A stretch of 64,000 bases of DNA. Origin: Candidatus Tayloriibacteriota bacterium. Lineage in GTDB: Bacteria > Patescibacteriota > Minisyncoccia > Phycocordibacterales > PALSA-1337. The stretch covers positions 155-64,154 of the forward strand of contig JAQBRD010000031.1 in assembly GCA_028286665.1 (NCBI GenBank), written 5' to 3'. Below the pieces are notes generated by a model. The model was not told the origin of the DNA. It was given only the letters and a program-made list of their open reading frames with translations, and did no database searches. Shown here one piece after another: positions 39,401 through 48,098 of the stretch (within the stretch, counting starts at the first letter, position 1; the number at the start of each line of letters is the position of its first letter). A program made the position numbers and the translations under genes.

Positions 39401-42104
39401 TGCTGTTGGAACATATCAGGTCTTTGTTTCGGATTCGACCGATGGCGCGAAAGTCGAAACCAATAAGCTCGACCTCGGCGTGTATGAAGCTCGAGTGGCG
39501 GTTCCTACGATTTCTGCAGCTTCGCCAGCGAAAGCTGGTCCGAGCGCGAGCGTCGCCCTGAACGGTACTCATTTCACCGCAGATTCGATCGTGAGGATCT
39601 GGAACGATTCTCAGGAATATTCCGTGACGCCGACGATCGCATCGAGCACGAGACTGACATTCATCGTTCCTGCGAATGCGGTTCTCGGAACATACTCGGT
39701 CAAGGTCCTTGCGGGATCAGTCGGCGAATCAACCTCGCTTCCATTCCAGATTCTTTCCATTCCGAATATCACAAGCATCACTCCGAGATCTCTCGCCAAC
39801 CCTAATGTGACAGGGAAGCCGATCGTTCTTGCAGGCGTCCGCTTCATCGTCGGCCATATGGTAGATGTCGTATTCGAGCCAAAAAGCGGAGCCGCGTCAA
39901 CTCCCGTTTCAGTCAGAGTCGCAAGTTCGACGCGTATCACGCTCAGTGCTCCGGCCTTATCCGTTGGCATCTATGACGTATCTGTCGTCGATGGTTCTAT
40001 CGAAACAAACAAAGTGGCCTTCACAGTATCGAACGGCATTCCGGCGATCACTGCAATGAACCCTCCTGCGGAAGGTCCTGGCGGAACGATAACCGTCTCA
40101 GGCGCAAGATTCGTCGATGGGATCGTCCTGCGGATACTCCCGGGAACGACGGTCATCCCGGCCGCTTCGACCACGGTTGCTGCTGACGGCAGAACACTCA
40201 CATTCATCGTGCCATCCGGACTCGCGGCAGGCAGTTATGCATTGAGAGCTGCAGTTCCTGGCGTGGGAGCAAGCAATGATTTCGTATTCACGATTCTTTC
40301 AGGTCCCGTTCTGACCTCGGCTCAAGCGTCGGGCGGCGATCAGTATTCGATCAGCGGTTCCAATTTCGTAGTTGGCAAGACCGCAACGGTCAATTTCGCT
40401 CCTCGAGCCGGAGGCAGCAGCGTGCTGGCTTCTGCAGTGATCGCATCATCGACGCAGGTAAGCGTGAACGCTGTTCTTCCGGAAGGGAATTACGATGTCT
40501 CGATGACTGTCGATTCCGTGACCACGAACAGAGTCATATTCTCGACTAACCCTCCGATACTGACATCCTTTACAACGGATGCGCCGGTACCAGATCAGCC
40601 ATATTGCGACTCGCCGAGTCCGGTGACCTTCACTGTTACGGGCAGGAATTTCCTCGCGTCATCCGTTCTCAAAATAATCGGAGCCGGCGGAAAGGTGTAT
40701 CCATTGAATAACAATCAGGTTTCTGCTGATAAGGCATCTATCTCCGCTCAGTTCAATTACCGATGCGCGACAGCTTCTGACAATGGAGCGGGAACTATTT
40801 CGCAGGGGGCTTATTCGCTCGTCGTCGATGGCCTGAGCCCGATCGTGAGCAATAGCCTTCTCTTCAACATACCTTACCCGATGCGGATCCTTCCGCTCGG
40901 CGTGACGGACGTCATCCAATCGGGTCAGATCGTCCTCGTCGGCTCCATGCAGATATTCCATGTGCAACGAGGCAGCGACTTCACTCAGACTTGGGACATT
41001 TTGGGTTCCGGCGGGTCGCTGTCCTATACTGCGATACTCAGCCGCTTCGATCCGTTCATCGATGTCGCCAACTATACGAATAACACGATCGCATACCAAT
41101 ATAGGAACAGCATCAACGCTTCCGGAGGGGTTGTCGGGTCCGCTTTCAATGTGACTATTCCTACAGCTTCCATTCCTGTAGGAACGTATACATTGAAAGC
41201 AGGATTGAATTATCCAGGAAATCCACCTCGATCGTTGCCGCTCATACCGACTGCGAGCGTGGGAGATGCTAACCTTCCATGGTACGACGCCTCGTATTCG
41301 CCGGGATATCGATATACAGTCGGATTCTTGATGGTTGAGGATGCTGCCGCAACGGCGGCTTCAGTCAAGAAAACGCAGAGCGCAGCATCGACGCCTCTTA
41401 CGCTGAGCGCCCTTATCAAAAATGCCGCATCGACATCGACATCAGCTGCGAAGATCGTCGCTCCCGTTTCAGCTCCTGTCTCTGTTCCTGTTCCGAAACC
41501 TGCTACATCAACTCCGGCAATTTCAATTGCAGCTACCACAAGCTCAACAATTTCGATCCCGTCAGCTCCGACCCCAGTTCCAGTAGCGCCGATTCCAGTT
41601 CCTGCGCCGACACCCGTACCAGCTCCGGTTCCTGCGGTCATGCCGATCACTATCCTCCCATGGTCTGCACAAGCAACCATCCAGGCAGGGAAGTCTCTCC
41701 CATACACGCTTAATTGGAGCGGCGGTCCTACGGAGAAGACTTGGAAATCATTCATCCATGTCGTGAAGGGCGATGGCACGACTGTCGCGGCAGATGCATA
41801 CTATCCTTCTACTCCGACGACCCAGTGGTCTGGAAGTCAGAATTTCAGTAGCTCAGTGGCGATACCTCCGACGCTTGCTCCAGGTACGTATCGGGTCATG
41901 GCCGGTCTCTGGATCCCTGTGGGAACTACGCCGTCAGCTGATTTGAAACTCGTCCCAGGATCCGGCGTGACGCTCGATCCGGCATATAGCGCACATTATC
42001 GATACCAAGTCGGGACGATCACGGTGACGTCGCCGTCATCAGCGCTCGGAGCGATGATCAGCGCGCTCGGCGATGACTTCATCTCGCGTTTCTTCAGCAG
42101 GTAG
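36495..42104 (+). CDS. Giant secreted surface protein: FN3/IPT-TIG repeats, M64-like zinc peptidase, Pro-rich linker
   Basis: Signal peptide; LHEVGHAFGRLRDEY; repeated P.I.S.SP...G.NF...G.Y.V Ig units; PAPTPVP linker. Confidence 0.85.
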   Translation: MKKIAVFLGILAVAFSGFFAVKHDAQASSMGYIESSCIYYGYQSNGNTFSETRFWDMPITDAMPAPQNLGTLIATYAASKPAGDRSESRQNNSTSKLAYPVGCQKYSGFFTYKVMSMVLSTDDSVRFSDGNTVRDYAGPVSAVDEVMTSHADKLTFNVIPKFRGPATTLAASVSGNQVTLAWSNPFPAKSLAMTSYVAAVERARAGSNSFVQVSPALDQSFSMPYSNIGNYTKFFTPQLTYTDTSAPEGDFDYRIRIDMSFQTATGEFYVNGGSSQDGYYAKTYHYSTVASAKLPPKAPKLASISPNSFSVDATETPPVTIAGTGFKPTGNSIKFVHATIAGKVYRIDDVSSAGTSLAFDLPAGMTQGAYNVTTKVTDSPWSNELTVRVLPKSPAALTAKFVFTDTKKGIDLDWSGGAANSIVSGYEVERASGYRADSAEYKKISETTGKTAFDANLNLLTTKDIFYRIKTKFTDGTSVTSNVASVPACQKIAGNGPVKVVFMRDKKISEDLKVDAFYGVVLNTIKLGFRRTDPFKAYANKFSFYIDLEEYDTYDDWSMPEGTAKSQSECGKDAKIYIYYSTKVGKTAYSYFNSGEVYMMPFDLLPTAGFDNLIDYEKKIRLLDSSASSSLILAQATLHEVGHAFGRLRDEYIRSTEPEPSSLSVFDSVNCSTKPSSDFRSSINNQIYGSLTSVGCSYLKAYTGHAGDTSNTFYKPSKASLMDTIHATKNPDGTYITYSRISSPRFNVISCGYLISAILGEPTDKAHAQTHWQECATELDTETDTPPLAGKPGTLKSSSSIVYPGNAIKSSANSVSKMNSVPTSSDRNSLIISGSGFTPEGNNIRFANTATKKVFEINEVPSIDGKTLQLDIPNDTDPGTYNVRVGAFNSPWSDAISLQVLDFPKIASFSPASITLSELSKPILIKGSNFIVGHTVTVSFAPKSGGSAIISTAKVATSTKISVIPPASLAVGTYQVFVSDSTDGAKVETNKLDLGVYEARVAVPTISAASPAKAGPSASVALNGTHFTADSIVRIWNDSQEYSVTPTIASSTRLTFIVPANAVLGTYSVKVLAGSVGESTSLPFQILSIPNITSITPRSLANPNVTGKPIVLAGVRFIVGHMVDVVFEPKSGAASTPVSVRVASSTRITLSAPALSVGIYDVSVVDGSIETNKVAFTVSNGIPAITAMNPPAEGPGGTITVSGARFVDGIVLRILPGTTVIPAASTTVAADGRTLTFIVPSGLAAGSYALRAAVPGVGASNDFVFTILSGPVLTSAQASGGDQYSISGSNFVVGKTATVNFAPRAGGSSVLASAVIASSTQVSVNAVLPEGNYDVSMTVDSVTTNRVIFSTNPPILTSFTTDAPVPDQPYCDSPSPVTFTVTGRNFLASSVLKIIGAGGKVYPLNNNQVSADKASISAQFNYRCATASDNGAGTISQGAYSLVVDGLSPIVSNSLLFNIPYPMRILPLGVTDVIQSGQIVLVGSMQIFHVQRGSDFTQTWDILGSGGSLSYTAILSRFDPFIDVANYTNNTIAYQYRNSINASGGVVGSAFNVTIPTASIPVGTYTLKAGLNYPGNPPRSLPLIPTASVGDANLPWYDASYSPGYRYTVGFLMVEDAAATAASVKKTQSAASTPLTLSALIKNAASTSTSAAKIVAPVSAPVSVPVPKPATSTPAISIAATTSSTISIPSAPTPVPVAPIPVPAPTPVPAPVPAVMPITILPWSAQATIQAGKSLPYTLNWSGGPTEKTWKSFIHVVKGDGTTVAADAYYPSTPTTQWSGSQNFSSSVAIPPTLAPGTYRVMAGLWIPVGTTPSADLKLVPGSGVTLDPAYSAHYRYQVGTITVTSPSSALGAMISALGDDFISRFFSR

Positions 42105-42123
42105 GTGACCCGTCGCTTGATCT

Positions 42124-42163
42124 ATAGGAAAACGCCAGGCTGATCAGCCTGGCGTTTTCCTAT
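42124..42163. terminator. Bidirectional terminator (perfect 40-bp palindrome)
   Basis: ATAGGAAAACGCCAGGCTGA|TCAGCCTGGCGTTTTCCTAT between convergent genes. Confidence 0.8.
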
Positions 42164-42176
42164 TCTTCAATTTCCT

Positions 42177-43496
42177 CTATTTTCTTGCGAGGAATGCGTG
42201 AAGTTCTTCGTGCGCGATCTGCGAATCTCCCCATGGAGTCTTCGTATTATTCGGACCCATGATGTACGGGTCGGTGCCTTTGCCGGTGATGAGGATTGCG
42301 ATGCCTGCGCCGCCGTCCTCACGAGGTGTTCCGTCAGGATTGGTTCCTGCGCGCCGGATCGCTTCACGGATCGCTTCGCGCCGGTCCATGATGATCGTCG
42401 GCTGGATTTCGGTAATGCCTGCAGCTACGTCAGCGACGATCTTCTTCGGATCTTCGTCATACGGATCTTCATCGGTAAGGATAATGTCGTCGCAGTATCG
42501 GTCGGCAAGTCTGCCCATTTCCTTTCGCTTCCAATTATCACGTCCGCCGCCGGTGCCGCCGAGAATGGCGATGATGCTCGAGGTTTCGAATACCTGATAG
42601 AGCTTCTCGAGGGAATCAGGCGTATGCGCGTAGTCGACGATGACGGTGAATTTCTGGCCGGCTTCGATGCGTTCGACGCGTCCTTTGATGCCGGTGAATT
42701 TCGTTATCGCACGCGCAATCGTATCATCGTTCACTCCCTGGGATCGAGCCGCATTCGCTGCTGCGAGGATGTTGTACAGATTGAAAAGGCCTGAAAGCGG
42801 GGAAGCCACTTTCCGCCCATGCTCCTTGCCGCCGAAGGTGAAGGTGATGCCTTGCTTGAGGATCTCGTACGGCTCGACGTCCTTTGCACTATAGGTCATC
42901 TTCTTGTCGGCTTCGCATGTGAGGAATCTGCCGGCCTCTTTGTCATCGCCATTCACGATGATGGTTCGCTGCGCTTTCTTCGAATGGATCATTTCGCAGG
43001 CAATCTTCGCTTTTGCCGCCGCGTAATTTTCGAATGATCCGTGCGAGTCGATATGCTCAGGCGAAAGATTCGTGAAGACGAATGCGTCGAGATGGAGGAA
43101 TTTGTGACGGTAGAGGAGCGTGCCTTGCGAAGTCATCTCGAGGATGACATAGTCGCATTTCGCTTTCACGGCTTTGCGGATGAGGCGCTGGACGAAGAAT
43201 CTGCCGGGCATCGACATCTTGTAGAGATTGTCGAAGGATTCGTCGCCGATCTTGTGGCGGATGGTATTCGAAACTGCAGTTCGATAGCCGGCTTCCTCGA
43301 GGATCGCGTTGAGTATTTCAGTCGTCGAGCTTTTGCCTTTCGTTCCGGTCACGCCGATCACCTTGATATGCCGCGAAGGGAAGCTGTACCAGAGCGCAGC
43401 GGCAAGCGCGAGCGAATAATGATATGCAGGCTGGAAGAAATGGAAGAGCTTGGTCGGAATGAATCGGCGGATTTTTGCGAGGGTGTTGTCGAGCAT
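42177..43496 (-). CDS. murE: UDP-MurNAc-tripeptide ligase MurE
   Basis: GVTGTKGKSST, FTNLSPEHID, GRVE, VDYAHTPD, GKG. Confidence 0.92.
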   Translation of the reverse strand: MLDNTLAKIRRFIPTKLFHFFQPAYHYSLALAAALWYSFPSRHIKVIGVTGTKGKSSTTEILNAILEEAGYRTAVSNTIRHKIGDESFDNLYKMSMPGRFFVQRLIRKAVKAKCDYVILEMTSQGTLLYRHKFLHLDAFVFTNLSPEHIDSHGSFENYAAAKAKIACEMIHSKKAQRTIIVNGDDKEAGRFLTCEADKKMTYSAKDVEPYEILKQGITFTFGGKEHGRKVASPLSGLFNLYNILAAANAARSQGVNDDTIARAITKFTGIKGRVERIEAGQKFTVIVDYAHTPDSLEKLYQVFETSSIIAILGGTGGGRDNWKRKEMGRLADRYCDDIILTDEDPYDEDPKKIVADVAAGITEIQPTIIMDRREAIREAIRRAGTNPDGTPREDGGAGIAILITGKGTDPYIMGPNNTKTPWGDSQIAHEELHAFLARK

Positions 43497-43523
43497 GTGA
43501 TTGGTGATGTATTTCTAAATGCG

Positions 43524-44150
43524 TTAAATTCCGAGGATTTTGAGGGCTGCCTTCACTCGTGCGCCGGTGTCGGTGAGCTTCTTGTCGATCTGCTTCATCG
43601 CGTCGCGGGCTTCGTTATCGCGATAGCCGAGCGCTTGGAGTGCTGCGAGGACATCGGAGTCGCCGCGGATATTCGCCTGTCGGGTTGCCGTATATTCTGC
43701 CGAGTGCGCAATGAGGTCGAAGTCGCCGATCTTGTCCTTGAGCTCGCGGACGATCTTCTCGGCATTCTTCTTGCCGATGCCGGAGACTTTCGTCAGATGC
43801 GATGCGTCTTCTGTTTCAATTGCCATATGGAGTGTCGCTACGGATGAGACGTTGAGGATTCCGAGCGCGGTCTTCGGTCCGATGCCGGAGACAGTCGTGA
43901 GCAGCTGGAAGAAATTGAGTTCCTGCAGGGAAGAGAAGCCATAGAGGTCGAGCGCATCATCGCGCACTGCGAGGTGCGTCCAAAGGCTGGCTGGCACGCC
44001 GACGGTATAGCTCGCGATGGTGTCTCCGGTCGCGAAGACCTTATATCCGACGCCGGCAGTGATCACGCCGTTGGTGCCAATTGCGCCGGTATTCACCACG
44101 AGGAATTTGAGGTCGATATGGCTCACTGTGCCGATAATCTGGGAAATCAT
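43524..44150 (-). CDS. ruvA: Holliday junction DNA-binding protein RuvA
   Basis: GVGY, LYGF, VSGIGPK, GIGKKNAEKI, AL.ALGY. Confidence 0.97.
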   Translation of the reverse strand: MISQIIGTVSHIDLKFLVVNTGAIGTNGVITAGVGYKVFATGDTIASYTVGVPASLWTHLAVRDDALDLYGFSSLQELNFFQLLTTVSGIGPKTALGILNVSSVATLHMAIETEDASHLTKVSGIGKKNAEKIVRELKDKIGDFDLIAHSAEYTATRQANIRGDSDVLAALQALGYRDNEARDAMKQIDKKLTDTGARVKAALKILGI

Positions 44151-44261
44151 GGGTACATTCTACTATATGTGGGGGAGAAGTGCTCAAAACCTCGGAAATG
44201 CTTGTATTTCCCGCAGAGCTATGGTACATTACGAGCCACATACAAAGCCCATAAAACACAT

Positions 44262-44528
44262 ATGCCAATCACATCTTCAGCAAAAAAAGCCCTCCGAGCA
44301 AGCGCAAAGAAGCGCGTGAATAACATCCGCCGAAAGACCGCTATCGACACGAACCTCAAGAAGTTCCGAAAGCTCGTCGTCGAAAAGAAAGCGAAGGAAG
44401 CTCAGGCAGTCCTCGCGAACCTCTCGCAGGCGCTCGACAAGGCGGCAAAGACGAATTACATCAAGGCGAACACTGCATCACGGCTCAAGTCCCGAGCAGC
44501 AGCATCTCTCAAGAAGATCTCAGCCTAG
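44262..44528 (+). CDS. rpsT: 30S ribosomal protein S20
   Basis: MPITSSAKKALR, LDKAAK..IKANTASRLKSR. Confidence 0.97.
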   Translation: MPITSSAKKALRASAKKRVNNIRRKTAIDTNLKKFRKLVVEKKAKEAQAVLANLSQALDKAAKTNYIKANTASRLKSRAAASLKKISA

Positions 44529-44548
44529 TCGTTCAGATAATCTGATAC

Positions 44549-44575
44549 AAAAAACCATCCTCGGGATGGTTTTTT
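44549..44575. terminator. Intrinsic terminator after rpsT
   Basis: AAAAAACCATCC-TCG-GGATGGTTTTTT. Confidence 0.8.
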
Positions 44576-44595
44576 ATTTATGGTAGAATATGCAT

Positions 44596-44931
44596 ATGAA
44601 CCCATCCACATTCGAAGTATTTCAGCTCGTATTGGTTTTCATCTCAGTCATCGCCGGGGTAGTGGCCGCCGTCTACTTCTATCTCTCGACGGACATCTTC
44701 ATGAACCTGCTCAAGCGTCCGCTCAAGCTCATCTCGTCAGGAATGATCATCATGACGATCGGCGTGCTCATGGCCGCAGTCATCTCATTCGAAGCGCGAA
44801 CCGGCGTCGTATTCGTCGTCTATGATCTTCCGATTGAAATGTTCTTCTATTTCTCGTACATCGTCGGCTCGATCATGATCCTCGCGGGTGCGCGTCAGTT
44901 CGTGCATCGGCCGAAGGTTTCGACTGTCTAG
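44596..44931 (+). CDS. Small 3-TM membrane protein
   Basis: Three hydrophobic segments; TAGAAT 6 nt upstream of ATG. Confidence 0.75.
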   Translation: MNPSTFEVFQLVLVFISVIAGVVAAVYFYLSTDIFMNLLKRPLKLISSGMIIMTIGVLMAAVISFEARTGVVFVVYDLPIEMFFYFSYIVGSIMILAGARQFVHRPKVSTV

Positions 44932-45017
44932 TACCGGGCGAGTGTGCGGAATGCTCAGGCAAATAACAACCCGAATTTCCCTTTCGGGCATTCGAGTTGT
45001 TTGAAGTTGAGCATCGG

Positions 45018-45695
45018 CTAGATGTTCCGAGCCTTGAGCTCCTGATTTTCAGAGCCGGCTTCCTTCGCATAATGGATGGCAAGGAACTTCGCGCCGATTG
45101 CCAGCGCGCGATATGCTCGGCCGGAAACTTTCGGATCAAGCGGCGAGCTGGCCTCGATCGATTGATGAAGATCATGGAGCGCCCTCTCGATGTCGTCGGC
45201 CTTTCCGATCGCCATGAGCGCTTTCACGATCTGGCCGAGGAGAAGCGTCTTCGATCCGGCATTTCCTTCGCTCTCAGCCTTCGACAATCCTTGTTTCAGG
45301 AGGTTGAGCGCATGCTCCGCGTCCTTCGTCGTGCTGAGAATGATGACTCCGGCGACTTCGAAGTCGCTTGATGACCATTCGCTTCTGTCCGTCTCTTCTG
45401 CAAGCGCGACTGCTTCCTTGGAAATCTCAAGCGCTTCATCAAGGAGCTTTTGCCACTCCTCGTTGATAATGCCTTCCGTTTCCTCGAGAGCAGCTGTCGC
45501 CGTTCCGATGATGTCGACGCAAGTGCTCGCAAGCTGAAGCTGCCCGCCCTTGATCTTTCCTTCGTTGATGAGCCTGTGCCGTTCCAGGAGGGAATGAGCG
45601 AGGAGTTCTCGTTTGTGTTTGACTGTCGTGCCTTTCCAGGCGAGATCGTATGGTTTCATAGATATAATGTGCTGTTTCGGCCTATGGATATTCAA
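45018..45695 (-). CDS. Alpha-helical (TPR-like) hypothetical protein
   Basis: Long ORF with amphipathic helical repeats; start may be 45659. Confidence 0.65.
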   Translation of the reverse strand: MNIHRPKQHIISMKPYDLAWKGTTVKHKRELLAHSLLERHRLINEGKIKGGQLQLASTCVDIIGTATAALEETEGIINEEWQKLLDEALEISKEAVALAEETDRSEWSSSDFEVAGVIILSTTKDAEHALNLLKQGLSKAESEGNAGSKTLLLGQIVKALMAIGKADDIERALHDLHQSIEASSPLDPKVSGRAYRALAIGAKFLAIHYAKEAGSENQELKARNI

Positions 45696-45758
45696 TAGGT
45701 GGTCATAGTTATGACGTCGTTAATAGGTTTGGCTTACAGCATGTGGGGCGAAAATGAA

Positions 45759-45880
45759 TCGGTCACAGGTCTCGGACTGCTGTCCTCGCCTGCGACCCCG
45801 CCTCGGCCGCCTTCGCGCCCTCCGGCTTTCGATTCCTGCCAGGAGCAAAAGAAAAACCGGCACAGCCGGTTTTTCTTTTT
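45759..45880 (-). repeat. tRNA-linked antisense/structured element, copy A (after tRNA-Arg GCG)
   Basis: Terminator hairpin 45848-45880; exact 20-nt inverted copy of tRNA 3' end 45828-45847; conserved block shared with 51684-51752. Confidence 0.85.
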
Positions 45881-45881
45881 T

Positions 45882-45956
45882 TGGTGCTCCTGGCAGGAAT
45901 CGAACCTGCATTTCTCCCTTCGCAGGGGAGTGTCCTATCCATTGAACGACAAGAGC
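45882..45956 (-). tRNA. tRNA-Arg(GCG)
   Basis: GCTCTTG..CAGGAGC-A-CCA; anticodon arm CTCCC-CTGCGAA-GGGAG. Confidence 0.95.
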
Positions 45957-46038
45957 GTATCTGGCGGACTGCTCCGAAACCGGACGCACTTCGCAAGTGA
46001 AAACAGCCTATCACGCCGGCACGCAATTTCCAAATTCC

Positions 46039-46503
46039 CTAGAAGCCGAGATACTCGAGGATCTTCTGAGTAAGCGGCTCGTGGTGCTGCGTTTCAGCTA
46101 TGTAATTGAGAAGCACCTCGCGCACTTCTTCAGGATCCACATCGTCGATGTGCACGGTGATGTAGGGCATGAATACTTTCTGGGATTTGATGAGGATCTT
46201 CGAAGGGTGCTGATGCGGGTCGATCCAGAAGGATTCGAGCGTGAGGAAAGGGTAGAGGATGTCGCCCATGACTACTCCGCGGTCGTTGATCTCGCAGTAC
46301 ATCAGGCGCGGATGCTTCGACGAAGCGAGGAGGAGCGCCGTAGTGCCGACGATGATCAGTATGCCGAAGATAACATTTCCGAAGATGAATGCGAGAGCTG
46401 CAGCTGTCGCCGCGATGATGCCGACGCTCCAATACCAGTCGGAAGTCTTTTCCGTATGATGATGCTCGAGTGCGTGCCACGAGATGATGGGTGCTGCTGC
46501 CAT
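46039..46503 (-). CDS. Conserved 2-TM membrane protein with C-terminal soluble domain
   Basis: W..LE...EK..DWYW, two TMs; TATAAT 7 nt upstream of ATG. Confidence 0.8.
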   Translation of the reverse strand: MAAAPIISWHALEHHHTEKTSDWYWSVGIIAATAAALAFIFGNVIFGILIIVGTTALLLASSKHPRLMYCEINDRGVVMGDILYPFLTLESFWIDPHQHPSKILIKSQKVFMPYITVHIDDVDPEEVREVLLNYIAETQHHEPLTQKILEYLGF

Positions 46504-46511
46504 GTCAGATA

Positions 46512-47042
46512 TTATACACCCTTGTTGAGGTCGACGCCAAAGCATGCGGGTTCGCCAGTGCGGCTATTTTGGAAATATTCCGGGAATTCAGCTTTCTCCC
46601 AAGGAAATACGAACCAATTGCTGCCTTCGACGCCGAAGAAATCAGGCCTATCGACGCATTTGTCTTTATTCACTGCGATGACGACGGTCTTCAGTTCGGC
46701 GACGTTGTATTCATTGCGGAGGATGTCGGCGACTTTCCTCAGCGTCCTTCCAGTTTCAGCTATCTCGTCGACGAGAAGAATTTTCTTTCCTGCGAGATCG
46801 ATCTTCGGCAGATATTTCACGACGAGTTCGCCGCGCGTATCCTTTTCATACGAGCTGACTGAAACAGTGACGATGTTGCTGTTTTTGAATTCCTTGGCGA
46901 TGAGCGCGAGGGGAATGACGCCGCCGGTCGCGATGCCGACGAGGTAATCAGGAGCGAAGCCTGCGGCGGCGATCTGCGCAGCGAGGCTTCGGCAATGCTC
47001 CTCGACTTCGATCCAGGCGATATGGGTGATGTTCGTGTCCAT
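46512..47042 (-). CDS. Purine phosphoribosyltransferase (Gpt-like)
   Basis: GIATGG, ILLVDEIAETGRTL, WFVFPWE. Confidence 0.92.
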   Translation of the reverse strand: MDTNITHIAWIEVEEHCRSLAAQIAAAGFAPDYLVGIATGGVIPLALIAKEFKNSNIVTVSVSSYEKDTRGELVVKYLPKIDLAGKKILLVDEIAETGRTLRKVADILRNEYNVAELKTVVIAVNKDKCVDRPDFFGVEGSNWFVFPWEKAEFPEYFQNSRTGEPACFGVDLNKGV

Positions 47043-47076
47043 GCAGGGGATTATAGCAGATGAAGCGTGAGGCATG

Positions 47077-47111
47077 AGAAAAGCCGCCGGGTTTCACTCG
47101 GCGGCTTTTCT
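47077..47111 (-). terminator. Intrinsic terminator
   Basis: AGAAAAGCCGCCG...CGGCGGCTTTTCT. Confidence 0.75.
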
Positions 47112-47141
47112 TTCTGCGTTGTTTCTCTTTCCCTACCCGTA

Positions 47142-47504
47142 TTACATGTTTGGAGTCATGCAAGCTCCGAGCCAGCAATGCGCGAGCATCTCCTGCTGAA
47201 TCGCGTTCTTGGTCAGCGGTCCGAAGTATCCGGTAGCAGGGACGTTATGGCTTGCCTGGTACTGAATGAGGGCTGCCTTCGTCTGTCCGCCGAAGTATCC
47301 GAGCGATACTGTAGGCGCGACGTTGAGATATCCCTGCTCTCCGAGGAACGCCTGGAGTTCTGTCGCTCCGTTTCCTGTTGCGCCTGACTGGAGGTCAGAG
47401 CCGTAGAGGATGGAGAGGCTTGCAGTCGCTGCGTGAGCGCTGTTCGCTGCGAAGGCTCCGAAAGCGAGCATGATCGCGAATACTCCGACTGTGATTTTTT
47501 GCAT
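47142..47504 (-). CDS. Secreted peptidoglycan-binding domain protein
   Basis: Signal peptide; LQAFL..GY, GYFG..TK.A...YQ, TGYFGPLT. Confidence 0.88.
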   Translation of the reverse strand: MQKITVGVFAIMLAFGAFAANSAHAATASLSILYGSDLQSGATGNGATELQAFLGEQGYLNVAPTVSLGYFGGQTKAALIQYQASHNVPATGYFGPLTKNAIQQEMLAHCWLGACMTPNM

Positions 47505-47666
47505 ACGGTATTTCTTTGGGAAAGTGTTATTTGGTCTTTCTTATTGATGGTGCCGCGAAGGCCGGGGAATCATTACAAGAGCGATCGTTTCTGATCTCGA
47601 GTGATAAACAAAACACCGCTCGATGAGAGCGGCGGCACGATCCAGTGCGAGGTGTTGGTAAAGCAG

Positions 47667-48014
47667 TCAGGCTGCGAGCAGTCCTCCTGACTCTGTGCGA
47701 AACTGCTCGCTGTTGAAGCGCTCGACAAGCGAAGGCTCGTCGCTGCAGCCTGGCTTTTTCCCGAGGAAGTACACGAGGTACTCGTTTGACTGATCGTCTG
47801 CCCAGGCTCGCATTTCATGCAGGGTGTATTGCCGATCCGCTTCCATCCAGAAGATGAAGACGTTCTCTACGAAGTCGAAGTCGGTCTCATTGCAGATTTT
47901 TCGAGCGGCGGCGAGCGCGAGCTTCGGATCTTCGGTGATGAGCCGCGGCGAGAGGTGGGCGACCGTGGTATCACGGCCATTCTGGCAGGTGACTACGAGG
48001 TATGCTTTTTTCAT
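47667..48014 (-). CDS. Hypothetical protein
   Basis: 115 aa ORF in otherwise free space. Confidence 0.6.
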   Translation of the reverse strand: MKKAYLVVTCQNGRDTTVAHLSPRLITEDPKLALAAARKICNETDFDFVENVFIFWMEADRQYTLHEMRAWADDQSNEYLVYFLGKKPGCSDEPSLVERFNSEQFRTESGGLLAA

Positions 48015-48098
48015 AGTTCAATATGGCTTTGCTGGTTTCGTTTTGAACATTAACACTAACGATTGGGTTCCGCAACAAAGAAGAAGCGCTGCTCGAAC

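Noticed and set aside
41450-41645. Pro/Val/Ala repeats as a VNTR or CRISPR-like array
   Set aside because: Imperfect at DNA level; in-frame protein linker. No CRISPR array or cas gene seen in the window.
7825-44150. Dispersal of ruvC, ruvB and ruvA, and short YebC
   Set aside because: Ordinary gene-order shuffling and reduction; no specific signal of novelty.
43974-44261. N-terminal extension of the rpsT ORF
   Set aside because: Overlaps ruvA on the other strand; S20 homology starts at 44262.
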